A stretch of DNA of 50,887 nt from Octopus sinensis (GCF_006345805.1 NW_021834262.1:1-50887), one strand, 5' to 3'; shown: positions 12,605-27,959, counted from the stretch's first letter. A program made the numbers and translations. Notes: generated by a model not told the origin, from the letters alone.

Positions 12605-13150
12605 CTGGGCGCCAACGTGAACGAACTGGCTAGACAACTCCGGACGACTTTCCGCTCGGGAACTATCATGGCTAATTTCCTGATGTCCTTGGCCTGGCAG
12701 TGCTACCGAGGTGCGCTACCGGTTGGAGATAAACTCTACAGGCACGGATATGCGGTCAGATGGGCTTGTCTGAGGTGCGCGCAGAGTGACGAAACCGTTC
12801 TTGCACGCCCTCGTTCAGTGTCCGGACATTGCTGACTTATGGGGTTATGTCGAACAGCTGCTCTCAGGTGTAGGACTGACTGTCAAGTCTGTAGTGATGA
12901 CCGCACCGCCCCCTCCTTCTATCAGACAGGCAAGGCAATATTCCTTTGCCTGGTGGCTGTGGCGAAAGAGGTTGTTTGGTGGACGGGGCTGAAAGGTATG
13001 AGGACAGATACATTCCTCTTTGGTAGAGTTCTCGTTGACTTCTTCAAGTTTCACTTTAAGTGGAAATTGAGAGTGGAGAAGGAAGAGCTGTCCTCGAGTG
13101 AGTTTATTGGAAGGTGGGTGAAAGTTGCGAAAATGGCAAGAGGGGATGGC
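12605..13150 (+). pseudogene. L1/Tx1-like LINE ORF2 C-terminal fragment (zf-RVT-like)
   Basis: Frameshifted join of LAWQCYRGALPVGDKLYRHG...CLRCAQSDETV and LHALVQCPDIADLW: CxxC...H...C motif typical of L1/Tx1 RT C-termini. Confidence 0.75.
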
Positions 13151-13382
13151 TATGATGCTCCCCCACTACTTCTGCTCGTGATCAGAGATGCACATATCGT
13201 CAGCCACTAAGGGACATGCTCAACTGGTTAAGGTCAAACAACTGACAAGCAAATCTGTGGTATTGAGCAGAATATTTGCTGTAGCCCATCTTTATACCAA
13301 GACAAAACAACGTACATGATAACACTTCCAATCAGTTAAGGTCAGAAGCCATGAGAGACACTGCCTGGTACTGCATCAGGGC

Positions 13383-13510
<128 letters not shown>

Positions 13511-13519
13511 CATTATTAA

Positions 13520-13788
13520 GGCGGCGAGCTGGCAGAAACGTCAGCACGCCGGGCGAAATGCTTAGCAGTATTTCGTCTGTCGCTATGTTCTGAGTTCAAA
13601 TTCCGCCGAGGTCGAATTTGCCTTTCATCCTTTCGGGGGTCGATAAATTAAGTACCAGTTACGCACTAGGGTCGATGTAATCGACTTAATCGGTTTGTCT
13701 GTCCTTGTTTGTCCCCTCTGTGTTTAGCCCCTTGTGGGTAATAAAGAAATAGGTATTTCGTCTATCTTTACGTTCTGAATTTACGTTC
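13520..13788 (+). mobile_element. SINE family B with partial second body
   Basis: GGCGGCGAGCTGGCAGAA head, full body, tail, then restart GTATTTCGTCT near 13753. Confidence 0.85.
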
Positions 13789-14259
13789 AAAAGCTGCAAT
13801 GAAGATATGTGCGTGGACGAGATCCCAGTGAGCGGGACTGAAGGATTGGGTATAATGGTAGGCGCAGAAGGTAGCTGGGTGCATCCGGGTGCTGAGATGT
13901 GAGGGACAGGAGTGCCTTAATGGTTGCTGCATGAGGACAGCCATCTCGTTACAATTACAGGAACAATCATTACCAAGGGCTTCCACACAGTTTCACTCTA
14001 TCCAAAGGTTTCGGACGATCTGGGAGCTTTAATTAGAAGAAAGACAAAAAGCCGAATTCCACAATATGGGATTGAACGTGTGACCGTGACGTCGAGAAGT
14101 GAACTTCGATACAACTTCTGAATTTGACCGTCCCCGCTTCTACAGGGGACATACACAAATATGCATGCATAAATTGACACATATACATCCATAGGTGCAA
14201 CCATATATTCACTTAGGTGTACACATGCATATGCGTATATACACATACTCTTTTCTCTT

Positions 14260-14604
14260 TTATCGACCCCCAGCAAATCGACCCCAGGACTTATACTTTG
14301 TAAGCCCAGTACTTATTCTATCGGTCTCTTTTGCCGAACCGCTAAGTGACCAGCATCGGTTGTCAAGCAATGCTAGGGGGACAAACATAGACACACAAAC
14401 ACACACACATATATATATATATATACATATATACATATATACGACAGGCTTCTTTCAGTTTCCGTCTACCAAATCCACTCACAAGGCATTGGTCGGCCCG
14501 GGGCTATAGCAGAAGACACTTGCCCAAGATGCCACGCAGTGGGACTGAACCCGGAACCATGTGGTTGGTTAGCAAGCTACTTACCACACAGCCACTCCTG
14601 CGCC
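14260..14604 (-). mobile_element. SINE family A, 3'-truncated
   Basis: Head ends ACTCCTGCGCC at 14604; internal (TA)n tract. Confidence 0.8.
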
Positions 14605-15044
14605 TATGTGGATTTCTCACTCTTAAGATTTCTCAGCAGTAAGCTGTTTCTGTGAAGTTCAAATTAAGCGCACCTATGATCAAAGACATTCCAAACGTAG
14701 CCACCTCAACTGTTTTCTACATATGTGTCTAAGGCACATTATCCGGCATCTATCCTATATTTTTATTTTAATTTAATTTTTTTTTTCTTATTTCAAGTCG
14801 AGAAAGTTCGATTTGAAAGCGATTTGGCTACTATTTCTAATTGGTAAAATTATCACTTTGAAGCATTCTGGTTGACTCGCAGATATGTTGGAATGTTTGT
14901 CTGTATGTCTGTGTGTCTGTTTGTCTGTCTATCACTGTCTGTCACTGTCTGTTTGTCTGTCTCTCTCACTCACTCTCTCATGCTCTCTCTTTCTCTCTTT
15001 CTGTCTCTGTGTGTCAACCGCACACAAATGCACAAGTTAGCACA

Positions 15045-15082
<38 letters not shown>

Positions 15083-15754
15083 CACACAAACTGATAAGTT
15101 GATAAATCTATCCTTTACTACTCTGAATTTGTCGCTTGCGTGTGTGTGTGTGTGGGGGAGACAGAGGGAGAGAATGAGGGAGAGAGAGAGAAGAGAGAGA
15201 AAAAAGGAGAGAGAGAAAGAGAGGGAGAAAAGCAGAGAGAGAGAGAGTCCGTGTGTGTGTATATGTATGTGAATGTGTGTGTGTGTGTGTGTACGTTTCG
15301 TGTATATGCACATGTGTTCGTTTGCGTCTATAGAGGACGTAAAGTAAATGAACGCATGTATGTATGTATGTATGTATGTATGTATGTATGTATGTATGTA
15401 TGTATGTATGTACGTACGTACGTATGTATGTATGTATGTATGTATGTATGTATGTATGTATGTATGTATGTATACACATTGCTACCGATGGTGTTGGTGT
15501 TAGTAAATGGATGGTTTAATAAGTGGTAGTGATTATAATTTTGGTTGTGGCTGTAATCGCGTTCGAGGCTGGATATTTTGGGCCAGCAACAGAAAAGAAG
15601 ATTTCTGATTAGTCACTGCAAACTAGATATACCGTTTTTCATTGGCTTATCCCTTCTGCAGGACACGCCCCCACTTCTGCCGGGTTGCTATACCAAAGTA
15701 GGCGGGGCTTCATTGAAATTAATACGCATTTGATACTCTTTATCTCTTTACTCT

Positions 15755-15787
<33 letters not shown>

Positions 15788-17048
15788 CTTTATGTCTTTC
15801 CTTCTCACTACTCTGCTTGTCTGTCTGCCTCTCCCTCTCTCTCGCTCTCTCTTTCAACTCATCTTTCTTTTTATTTACTCCTTACATTCTACCACATAAA
15901 CACACCTTCACACACGTGTGTGAGTGTGTGTGTGTGTTAATAGATAGATAGATAGACAGATAGATACATACATACATACATATTATATGAGTGTGTATAT
16001 ATATATATATTATATGAGTGTGTGTGTATGTGTATGTAAATATGTGTGTCTGTGCGTGTGTAGAAATCATACACACGCAAAACCCCTACCCACACTTATT
16101 CCCTCCCCCTCCAAAGACTTCTCTATTATCTGTCTATTATTCTTTCCCATCTCTCTCTCTCTCCTCCTCTCCCTCTCTCCACCTTCTCTTTCACTCTCTC
16201 TCTCTCTCTCTCTCCTACCTTTCTCATTTATGCTTCCGAGACCTCTTAGTTTCCTTCTTTCTTTCTTCACAACTTCAATCGCTTTCTCTTTCTCTTTCTC
16301 TTCCTCCCCCCCCCCTCTGTCATTCATACACAAACTCGCTCCATTCTTTATTTGTTTTTCTCTTATATTTTCTTCGCTCTCCCCTCTACCCCCAAACACC
16401 TTAACATTTCTCATTCCGACCCCTCCTCCTCCCTCTTCTATTTCAATACTACTCCCCAATTCCACCTTGCTCATTCTCTCCCACTTTCTACCATTACACC
16501 CCAACACCCACCCCTCTCCTATTTTTGTTATGATCTCTGTTGTTCTCCTCTCTTCCACCCACCCCACCCACCACCACCACCTTTGCAATATTCTTTCGAT
16601 CTGGCTTTGAATCCCTAAACCTACACTATCGTATTCACAGCCTACCACTACCACGACCACCACCACCAACATCACCATCATCACTACCATCACCCACCGC
16701 CAACACCACGCATCAACCTTTGAAATTTGCTTATTCAATATCTTCTCATCAACCGATTTCTCTCATCTCCTTTGATTTCTGCTGCCGCTGATAATGATGA
16801 TCATCGTCATCATCATCATCATCATCATCGTCAATAACAACAACACCAACAACAACAACAACAGCAGCAGCAGAGGCAGCTACGTCAGCAGCAACACAGC
16901 AACACCTTCATATTTACCACAACATAAAAAAATATTAGTAATTGATCGCCACTCCACCTCCACGATACCATCAACATCACACCACCAAGAGTACTATCGC
17001 TAGCTAGTCACCCCTACCCAACACCGCCACACGTCTTCCACCACATCA

Positions 17049-18431
17049 TCACCAAACCACCACATCACCGAACCACCACATCACCGAACCACTACACCAC
17101 CAAACCACCACACCACCGAACCACCACATCACCGAACCACCACATCACCGAACCACCACATCACCGAACAACTACATCACCGAACTACCACATCACCGAA
17201 CCACCACATCACCGAACCACCACATCACCGAACCACTACACCACCGAACCACCACACCACCGAACCACCACATCACCGAACCACCACATCACCGAACCAC
17301 CACATCACCGAACCACCACATCACCGAACCACTACATCACCGAACCACCACATCACCGAACCACTACATCACCGAACCACCACATCACCGAACCACCACA
17401 TCACCGAACCACCACATCACCGAACCACCACATCACCGAACCACCACATCACCGAACCACTACATCACCGAACCACCACATCACCGAACCACCACATCAC
17501 CGAACCACCACATCACCGAACCACTACATCACCGAACCACCACATCACCGAACCACCACATCACCGAACCACCACATCACCGAACCACCACATCACCGAA
17601 CCACCACATCACCGAACCACTACATCACCGAACCACCACATCACCGAACCACTACATCACCGAACCACCACATCACCGAACCACCACATCACCGAACCAC
17701 CACATCACCGAACCACCACATCACTGAACCACTACATCACCGAACCACCACATCACCGAACCACCACATCACCGAACCACCACATCACCGAACCACCACA
17801 TCACCGAACCACCACATCACCGAACCACTACATCACCGAACCACCACCACATCACCGAACCACTACATCACCGAACCACCACATCACCGAACCACCACAT
17901 CACCGAACCACCACATCACCGAACCCCACATCACCGAACCACCACATCACCGAACCACCACATCACCGAACCACTACATCACCGAACCACCACATCACCG
18001 AACCACTACATCACCGAACCACCACATCACCGAACCACCACATCACCGAACCACCCACTACATCACACCGAACCACAACATCACCGAACCACCACATCAC
18101 CGAACCACTACATCACCGAACCACCACATCACCGAACCACCACATCACCGAACCACCACATCACCGAACCACCACATCACCGAACCACCACATCACCGAA
18201 CCACCACATCACCGAACCACCACATCACCGAACCACCACATCACCGAACCACTACATCACCGAACCACCACATCACCGAACCACTACATCACCGAACCAC
18301 CACATCACCGAACCACCACATCACCGAACCACTACATCACCGAACCACCACATCACCGAACCACCACATCACCGAACCACCACATCACCGAACCACCACA
18401 TCACCGAACCACCACATCACCGAACCACCAC
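17049..18431. repeat. 16-bp minisatellite (CACCGAACCACCACAT), roughly 85 copies
   Basis: Direct reading; recurrent C/T variant ACCACCACAT versus ACCACTACAT. Confidence 0.97.
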
Positions 18432-19794
18432 AACTCCGTCTACAGCACCATACCATTTACTCTACAGCAACCTACCACTCTCACAACACTGCCAGACACT
18501 CAATGCTACGCCATTACAGCATCGCAATGTATCATCGCAATGCATTGTCACTACAGCACACCTCCACGACACATCACTACACTCCATCAATACTCACTAC
18601 TAATAAGGGAGGGAACCTCTGCCACAGGAAGAGAGCAACGTCCTTGGCCCCCCCCTTTTTTTTTTAGAGATCCTTGTGACTGGTAGTAGAGAAAGGAGGA
18701 AGTTATCCCCTTAAGACAAAGACCCGACACGGACGTTGGCAAACGAGTTGTCTTCTCATATAAGAGACCCAACGGTAAGATGGATGTTTTAATCCCGGTG
18801 TCTACCGCCTCAAAACAGGAATTAACCCCCTGAAGAACTAAAAAAGAGAGAGAGAGCAGCCAAATCCCTCGCAGATTATGATGTCATACGCAAAATGTTG
18901 GATCATACTAGATTACAAGGTGACGAATTGGCAGATTCATTCGTGGTTTGGATAGAACATCTTACGGTGGTTCATCCAATTCTCGGCATTTGTGTTCGAA
19001 TCTCGCCGAGGCCAACTTTACCTTTGATGCTTTCGGGTGATAAATTGGTTAGCTGGTTGGTTGGTTGGTCGGCTCGGCTGGTTGTTTGGTTGGTTAATTG
19101 GTTGGTTGGTTGGTTGGTGTGCTGGTTGGTCTGCTGGTTAGTTAGCTCTAATTAGTAATGAAGCTATGCTAACTGGGGGAAAGTTTGAAATGAAGAGGGC
19201 AGCAGTACTGCTTCTTCCCGACTCCTTATAATTCACCTGGCCCAGTGTTATCCAAGAGAAAGGACCCTTCAATTGTACACTACTCTTTTTACCAAACTCT
19301 TTTTACCACCACCACCATCACCACCATCACCACCACCACCACCACCACCACCACGACAAATTACCGTTTCCTCGAGACGACGGGGTCTGCTATTTGGCTT
19401 CTCAAAATATTAGAAATAGCAGCCAAATCACAGTTCACTTACACCCCACTGTCTTAAAAAAGCAATGAGGCAACAGATAAAGTAATATCATATGCTGCAA
19501 ACATCAGGATGGTCACTGTTGGCAAGCCTTTTGATCATATATTTGCTTAACCAGTGTTAACTTGGGGTTAAATAACTACCACCGCTACTACCACACACAT
19601 AATACTCTACCTATAATCTACCCATTGTTTAACCCTCACCGACCCTACCAGTCCCATCACCACCATTACTTCTACTACCATCACTACCACCATACTTTCA
19701 AAATTGTCACCGCCACCACCACTACCAACCCTAACACTAACAGCACTCCTACCATCACTCACCACCATGGAGCTTCTACATAGCTTCTCTAGAT

Positions 19795-20095
19795 CAGAGG
19801 TTCTCAACCATTTTTTACCTATAGACCCCTTTGATTACTACCTTATTCTGGTGGATCCCCACACCCGTTCGATACTTAAAACCTAATTTTATAGATACTG
19901 GTTTCAAAGTTCTTATTTTGTCATTTAATCATTCACTTGTACAGCTGTTTCTGTTATACATACATTTAAATCAAAACTTTTCATGGACCCTTAAAATACT
20001 AGTGTGAATTCCTAATTTACTATTTTGCGAGCGTGGACCCCGGAGATCTTATATGGAACTCTGCAGATCATAATGACCCCGGTGGAGAACCACTA
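19795..20095 (+). mobile_element. hAT (Charlie-like) non-autonomous element / MITE
   Basis: Imperfect TIRs CAGAGGTTCTCAACC and GGTGGAGAACCACTA; degenerate 8-bp TSD CTCTAGAT/CTCCATAT matching the NTCTAGAN target preference. Confidence 0.7.
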
Positions 20096-20696
20096 CTCCA
20101 TATGGTAGACATATCAACTAAATCTACTACAAAAGGCACACTACCATCTTTAAAGGAAATGGTAGATAAATTATATCTGTTAAAAGAACAGTTCGGACCC
20201 CTTTGGTCGATCAGGGTTGATTTGGCGTTAAACATCGACAGTCACATTACTAAACGGCACCAACCATCACCACCACTGCTATCAATACTATATATTTACA
20301 TACACCCATACATACTAATGCATGTGTGTGTGTTTGTGGTAAAATAGATGGAAAAGCAAAATCACCCAGACGACGTAAAACAAGATTGACGCTAAGAAAA
20401 ATTGAAAGAAGTCTTTAAGGCTTCGAGTCTACGCTCTTCAGCAGAAAGGAGAGATGAGGGGAAAGAAAAGAACAAGCGTGTCTCAGTTAGGTGGTCACTG
20501 CATGCTGATGTGTGTGTGTGTGTGTGTGTGCGTCTCGAAGCACATACATAAAGCGATAGATAGTAACATGTAAATTTGGGGTTGAAAAACCTTTATGGCA
20601 ACCTTCAACTTTTCTATCAAAAAGGGATTTTCAGCCCAATATTTACATTCTATTATCTATAGCTTTATTGTGTATTTACACACACACACATACACA

Positions 20697-20774
<78 letters not shown>

Positions 20775-21436
20775 CATTCACTCACACTTACACTCACACA
20801 CACATACACATATAAAATCCAACCAGCATTCCTACATTGTATGTGGTCACTAGACATGCTGGAAATAGCGACCAAATCTCTCCTCAAATCACACCACATC
20901 GTCTTAGAAGAGACAGCGTTTCCAGAATAATGGTAGTGCTTGATACACGATTCCTTAAAAAAGACAGCTTTTGCTCAAACGTCTGCTTAATTAGACTTGA
21001 CTGATTAAGGCTAATCCTCTAATCACACCTGGCCGTTTAAGAAGTTAGGACGGTTATAACCGGAACACCTGTTTGGCCAGGGATGACAGGCGCGAAATAT
21101 CAACTTCTATAGCGATAACCACTTGCTGAAAATAGCCGCCAAATCTTCCTCACATCACACACATCATTTTAAAATTACAAGCCTGTCACGACTGGAACAC
21201 CTTTGATCAGAGACCTGGGGCTAAACGACAACCATTACTATTGTGCCAGTGAGAAAGCCTCACTGTTCTGCTGGAAACAACTAACTAATCACCCTGAATT
21301 CATACTCTATCCTAAAAGAAAAAAAAGAACACATTAGATAATGTAAAACTAAGAAACTCAACCCAAAAGATGGGATAGTAACAACAGCCGGACCAGAGCA
21401 GCTGTTCATTCTGAGTTGACCTGGGGCTAAACGACA

Positions 21437-21443
21437 ACTACTA

Positions 21444-21529
<86 letters not shown>

Positions 21530-21583
21530 GCTGCTGCTGCTACTACTACTACTACTACTACTACTACTGCTACAACAACTACA

Positions 21584-21622
<39 letters not shown>

Positions 21623-21623
21623 G

Positions 21624-21655
<32 letters not shown>

Positions 21656-21704
21656 GCTACAACAACTACAACTACTACTACTACTACTACTACTACTGCT
21701 ACTG

Positions 21705-21736
<32 letters not shown>

Positions 21737-21883
21737 GCTACTGCTACTACTACTACTACTACTACTTACTACTACTACTACTGCTACTGCTACAACTACC
21801 CACTACTACTACTACTAGTACTACTACTGCTACAACTACAACTACAACTACTACTACTACTACTACTGCTACTACTGCTACTG

Positions 21884-21933
<50 letters not shown>

Positions 21934-21986
21934 GCTACTGCTACTACTACTACTACTGCTACTACTACTACTACTACTACTACTAC
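21437..21986. repeat. Compound (CTA)n/(CTG)n trinucleotide tract
   Basis: Direct reading. Confidence 0.95.
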
Positions 21987-22261
21987 GTTAAAGCTTCGGA
22001 CAAGAATGTCTCGCAATATTTGTTCTGAATCTATAAATTGAGTTCAAATCCCGCAGAGATCAAATCTACCTTTCATCTTCCCGGGGCCTATGAAATAAAG
22101 TACCAATTAACTGTAAGCATGCCAGACCGGATGATTTTAAATATTTATTCCGGTTTTTAGCATTCTGAGTTCAAATCCCGTCGTGGTCTGCATGAGTGGT
22201 AGGCTTAGTCCGTCGCCCGGTTTAATACCACCACGTGACACGTTTTTTTTGTTTCCTTTTA

Positions 22262-22678
22262 TTCCTTTTACATGTTTCAGTCATTTAACTGCGGCCATGC
22301 TGGAGCATCACCTTTAGTCGAACAAATTCACCTCAGGACTTACTTTTTGTAAGCCTGGTACTTATTCTATCAGTCCATTTACCGAACCGCTAAGTTACGG
22401 GGACGTAAACACACCAACATCGATTGTCAAGCGATGGTGAGGGGGGAGACAAACACAGACACATGTAAACACACATACACACATACACACACACACATAT
22501 AGGTATGTATATATATACGACGAGCTTCCTTCAGTTTCCGTCTACCAAATCCACTCACAAGGCTTTGGTCGCTCGAGGCTAAAGCTGAAGACACTTGCCC
22601 AAGGTGCCACACAGTGGAACTGAACCCAGAATCATGTGGTTGGTAAGCAAACTACTTACCACGCAGCCACTCCTGCGC
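22262..22678 (-). mobile_element. SINE family A (diverged)
   Basis: Tail-to-head match to family A. Confidence 0.8.
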
Positions 22679-22906
22679 TGGGACCTTTTTACTCTCTGTT
22701 GCAAGTTTACTCTGTTGCAAGCATATCTCCTGTTTGAGGTTCTCTTCCTTTCTTCCTTTCCTCGTCAGGGGCCCTTACGGGGTCATATGTACTGCCCTGC
22801 CTTCTCTCCTGACCAAAGAAAGGCAAAAACAAAGCGAACCAAATACAGAACTATGAACCACTAACTTCACAACTCTTTAGCACTCAGATTAGTCTGTCAA
22901 ATCTAA

Positions 22907-23300
22907 TACTCTTTTACTTGTTTCAGTCATTTGACTGCGGCCATGCTGGAGCACCGCCTTTAGTCGAGCAAATCGACCCCGGGACTTATTCTTTGTAAGC
23001 CCAGTACTTATTCTATCGGTTCTTTTGCCGAACCGCTAAGTGACGGGGATGTAAACACACAATGCATCGGTTGTCAAACAATGCTAGGGGGACAAACACA
23101 GACACACAAACACACACACACACACATATATATATATACATATATACGACAGGCTTCTTTCAGTTTCCATCTACCAAATCCACTCACAAGGCATTGGTCG
23201 GCCCGGGGCTATAGCAGAAGACACTTGCCCAAGATGCCACGCAGTGGGACTGAACCCGGAACCATGTGGTTGGTTAGCAAGCTACTTACCACACAGCCAC
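22907..23300 (-). mobile_element. SINE family A
   Basis: Near-identical to 5931-6331. Confidence 0.85.
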
Positions 23301-23859
23301 TTGCTTACATTATTTTGTTGACTTGCGATTTAAATGATGTGATTTTTTAATCTTTAGAATGACATTGTAGGGTAGGTGGGAGAGACCAGATCTGGTCCGT
23401 TTGAACATAAAACAGGCAGAATATTGTGGCCAGATCTGGCTGGTTTAAATGTTGGTGAGTTAAGTCGACAAATGAGTCACTAAGTCGCCGCTAGGTCTAT
23501 TAGAAACAGTAACCAAAGATCACTGAATAGGCGATCTATTATGTAGTGATGCGTTCTCAATACTTAGAACAACGACCGATCAAGGCTGATCTGAGGTTAA
23601 ACAAGGGCAACAACACCCAGCCAGTATTACTGCTGTACAAGACACCCCTGAATTTATCTTCTATTTTTATCTTTTATTTGTTTCACTCTGCGGCCATGCT
23701 GGGGCACCGCTTTGAAGTTTTTTTTAGTCGAATGAATAGATTCCAGTGCATTAGAATTTTTTTTTTTTTTTGTTAAACCTGGTACTTATCCGAACAGCTA
23801 TGTTACGGGAACGTAAACACACCAACACTGGTTGTCAAGCGATGGTGGCAGACAAACAT

Positions 23860-23891
<32 letters not shown>

Positions 23892-24589
23892 CGTCAAATT
23901 TTTCAATTCAACCAACACTACAACCACAAGAACAACTATCAACAGTCAACACCACAATCATCAAACGTCAACAGCACCACTGCAACTACCACCACCACCA
24001 CACCACCACCACCACCACCACCACCACCACCACCACCACCACCACCACCACCACCACCACCACCGACGCCACACCTAACCGCTATAACTATCACAACCCA
24101 CCAGCAATCACCACCACGAACCAATACTCACTCAGTTTACTATAAATCCATCTGACCTACACCCCCCACCGTCACTAAAACCAATCACACCGCCCCCCAC
24201 ACCGCAGCCTCAAATTTTAATCAACGCGATACCTCCCCGACCAAGCCACACTCCCTTTTAGTAAAGACTGTCATCACAGCCCCGTCCCTTTCTCCTTACA
24301 CACTACAACAGTTAAGGTTCAATTTCCCCCAACCCCACCCCACCACCACCACCACCACCACCACCACCACCACCACCACCACCACTCGGCCAACATCGAC
24401 CGACTAATCACACCTACACACCAGCAGTCACCCCTGACTATTGAGATATGGAAACCACACTTTTTCGACCGTCTGTTCGTTAAAGTCGAAACAAAAGGAC
24501 CTTGAGCAAGTTACTCGCTAACAGATGAATGAGTAATGATTGGATTTTATACGCACAGCTTATACACACACCTGATACAAACAGATACT

Positions 24590-25790
24590 AATGTGTATGC
24601 ATGTATGCATGTATGTATGTATGTATGTATGTATGCATGTATGTATGTATGTATGTATGTATGTATGTATGTATGTATGTATGTATGTATGAGTGTATGT
24701 GTGTATGTATGTATGTATGAGTGTATGTGTGTATGTATGAATGTATGTATGTATGTATGCATGTATGTATGTGTGTGTGTGTGTATGTGTGTATGTATGT
24801 ATGTGTGTATGTATGTATGTATGTATGTATGTATGAATGTATGTATGTGTGTATGTATGTGTGTATGTATGTATGTATGTAATGTATGAATGTATGTATG
24901 TATGAATGTATGTATGTATGCATGTATGTATGTGTGTGTGTGTGTATGTGTGTATGTATGTATGTATGTATGTATGAATGTATGTATGTGTGTATGTATG
25001 TGTGTATGTATGTATGTATGTATGTATGAATGTATGTATGTGTGTATGTATGTGTGTATGTATGTATGTATGTATGTGTGTATGTATGTATGTATGTATG
25101 TATGTATGTATGTATGTATGCATGTATGTATGAATGTATGTATGTGAATATGTATGTATGTATGTATGTATGTATGTGTGTATGTATGTATGTATGTATG
25201 TATGTATGTATGTATGTATGTATGTGTGTATATATGCATGTATGTATGTATGTATGCATGTATGTGTGTATGTATGTATGTATGAATGTATGTATGTATG
25301 TATGTATGTGTGTATGTATGTATGTATGTATGTATGTATGCGTGTATATATGTATGTATGTATGTATGCATGTATGTGTGTATGTATGTATGTATGAATG
25401 TATGTATGTATTGTGTATGTATGTATGTATGTATGTATGTGTGTACGTACGTATCTATGTATGTATGTATGTATGTATGATGTTGTTATGTATTCTGAAT
25501 GTTGTATGTATGATGTATGTATGTATGAATGTATGTGATGATATGATGTATGTATGTATGTGTGTATGTATGTATGTATGTATTATGTACGCCCTAGTTG
25601 TATGTATGTATTGTGTAAGTATGTATGTGGTATGTATGTATGTATGTATGTATGAATGTATGTATGTATGAATGTATGTATGTATGAATGTATGTATGTA
25701 CGTACGTACGTATGTATGTATGTATGTATGTATGTATGTATGTATGTATGTATGAATGTATGTATGCGTGTATGTATGTATGTGGATATG
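24590..25790. repeat. (TATG)n microsatellite, ~1.2 kb
   Basis: Direct reading. Confidence 0.97.
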
Positions 25791-25924
25791 CATATGAATA
25801 TACACATGCACTTCTATATGATGAAGTTTTTGTTTTTCACACAAAGATAAGAATGTGTATATTTCATTCTGTCCATATATGTCTATATGTGTGTGTATGA
25901 GAGAAGAGAAGACTAGGGGAGCTG

Positions 25925-26016
<92 letters not shown>

Positions 26017-26262
26017 GTAGATAGATAGATAGATATGTTTCTTTATTAGCCACAAAGGGCTGCACACAGACAGGACAAATTACAAGGTAGAGCTCTTCTT
26101 TTGGGGGTAAAAAAAGGGGGTTTGGTTTTCGATCAAAAGGGATCGTAAAAGGAAAGAAAGAGGACAAAAAGGGGGGGATAAACATTTTTTTAAAAAGGTG
26201 GGGAAGGGAAAGGAAAAAAATTGATCAATAGGGATCGTTATCACAGAAATGTCAATATGAAG

Positions 26263-26740
<478 letters not shown>

Positions 26741-26984
26741 TTCGCAAGGATATTTATACAACCGCATAAACAAAACCGTTCAAATTCACTCACACACATT
26801 AATACGTGGGCGTTCAAATGCATGTGTGTGAGTGTGCTTGTACTTGTGCGTGTGTGCGTGTGTTTCGATATGTGCATATCTCATTGCTTCACAGTAAGTA
26901 TAATCTATAGGCACAACGTGTAAGTGCACAAACACACACAGGCAGAGTAGCTGCATACTCATGTAATATATACAGACACACAGT

Positions 26985-27440
26985 GCTACATACATACATT
27001 ACAGCATACACACACACACACACACATACATACACACACATACACACACACACACATACACACACATACACACACATACACACACACATACATACACATA
27101 CATACACACACACACAGATATACGCACACATACACACACACATATACACACACATACACACACATACACACACATACACACACACATACACACACACATA
27201 CACACACATACACACACACACTACACACACACATACACACACATACACACACATACACACACACATACACACACATACACACACATACACACACATACAC
27301 ACACATACACACACACATACACACACACATACATACACACACATACACACACATACACACACACATACACACACACATACACACACATACATACACATAC
27401 ATACACATACACATACACACACACACACTTACACACACCA
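26985..27440. repeat. (CA)n/(CATA)n compound microsatellite
   Basis: Direct reading. Confidence 0.95.
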
Positions 27441-27959
27441 AATGCATACTCAGCATAACTCGTATATAACTCGTATAAACTCGTATACACGCACATGAAC
27501 ATGTATATATAATACACACACACGCGCACACACATAGGATATATGGAGATATACGATATACAAACTTGCACGCCCAAATACATACATATATACACAGTGC
27601 ACCCACCCACACACACGCACACACACCCCTCATGGTGAGTGTATACATGTGTGGTGAATGGTTCCACAACAGCGCATCCAGGTGAATTGTTTTCGAAAAA
27701 GGGTTTCAAATGAAATACACAAATGTGGAATGTTGGATGAGAATGTGTTTATACTTTTGTTAGTGTGTGCAAGTGTGTATTCTATTATAGCCACGGGACG
27801 ACCAAAGCCTTGTGAGTGGATTTGGCAGACGGAAACTGAAAGAAGCCCATCGTATATATATATTTTATTTTATTTTTTATTTTATTTTATCTAGTTTCAG
27901 CTCACGAGGTGTGGCCATGCTGGGGCCTCACATATATATATATGTGTGTGTGCGTGTGT

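Noticed and set aside
15987-16791. 207-223-aa ORFs on both strands
   Set aside because: They come from CT-rich and CAC-rich low-complexity sequence; no recognisable domain.
17049-18431. Possible CRISPR-like or telomeric array
   Set aside because: No unique spacers, no cas genes, eukaryotic context, and the unit is not TTAGGG-like.
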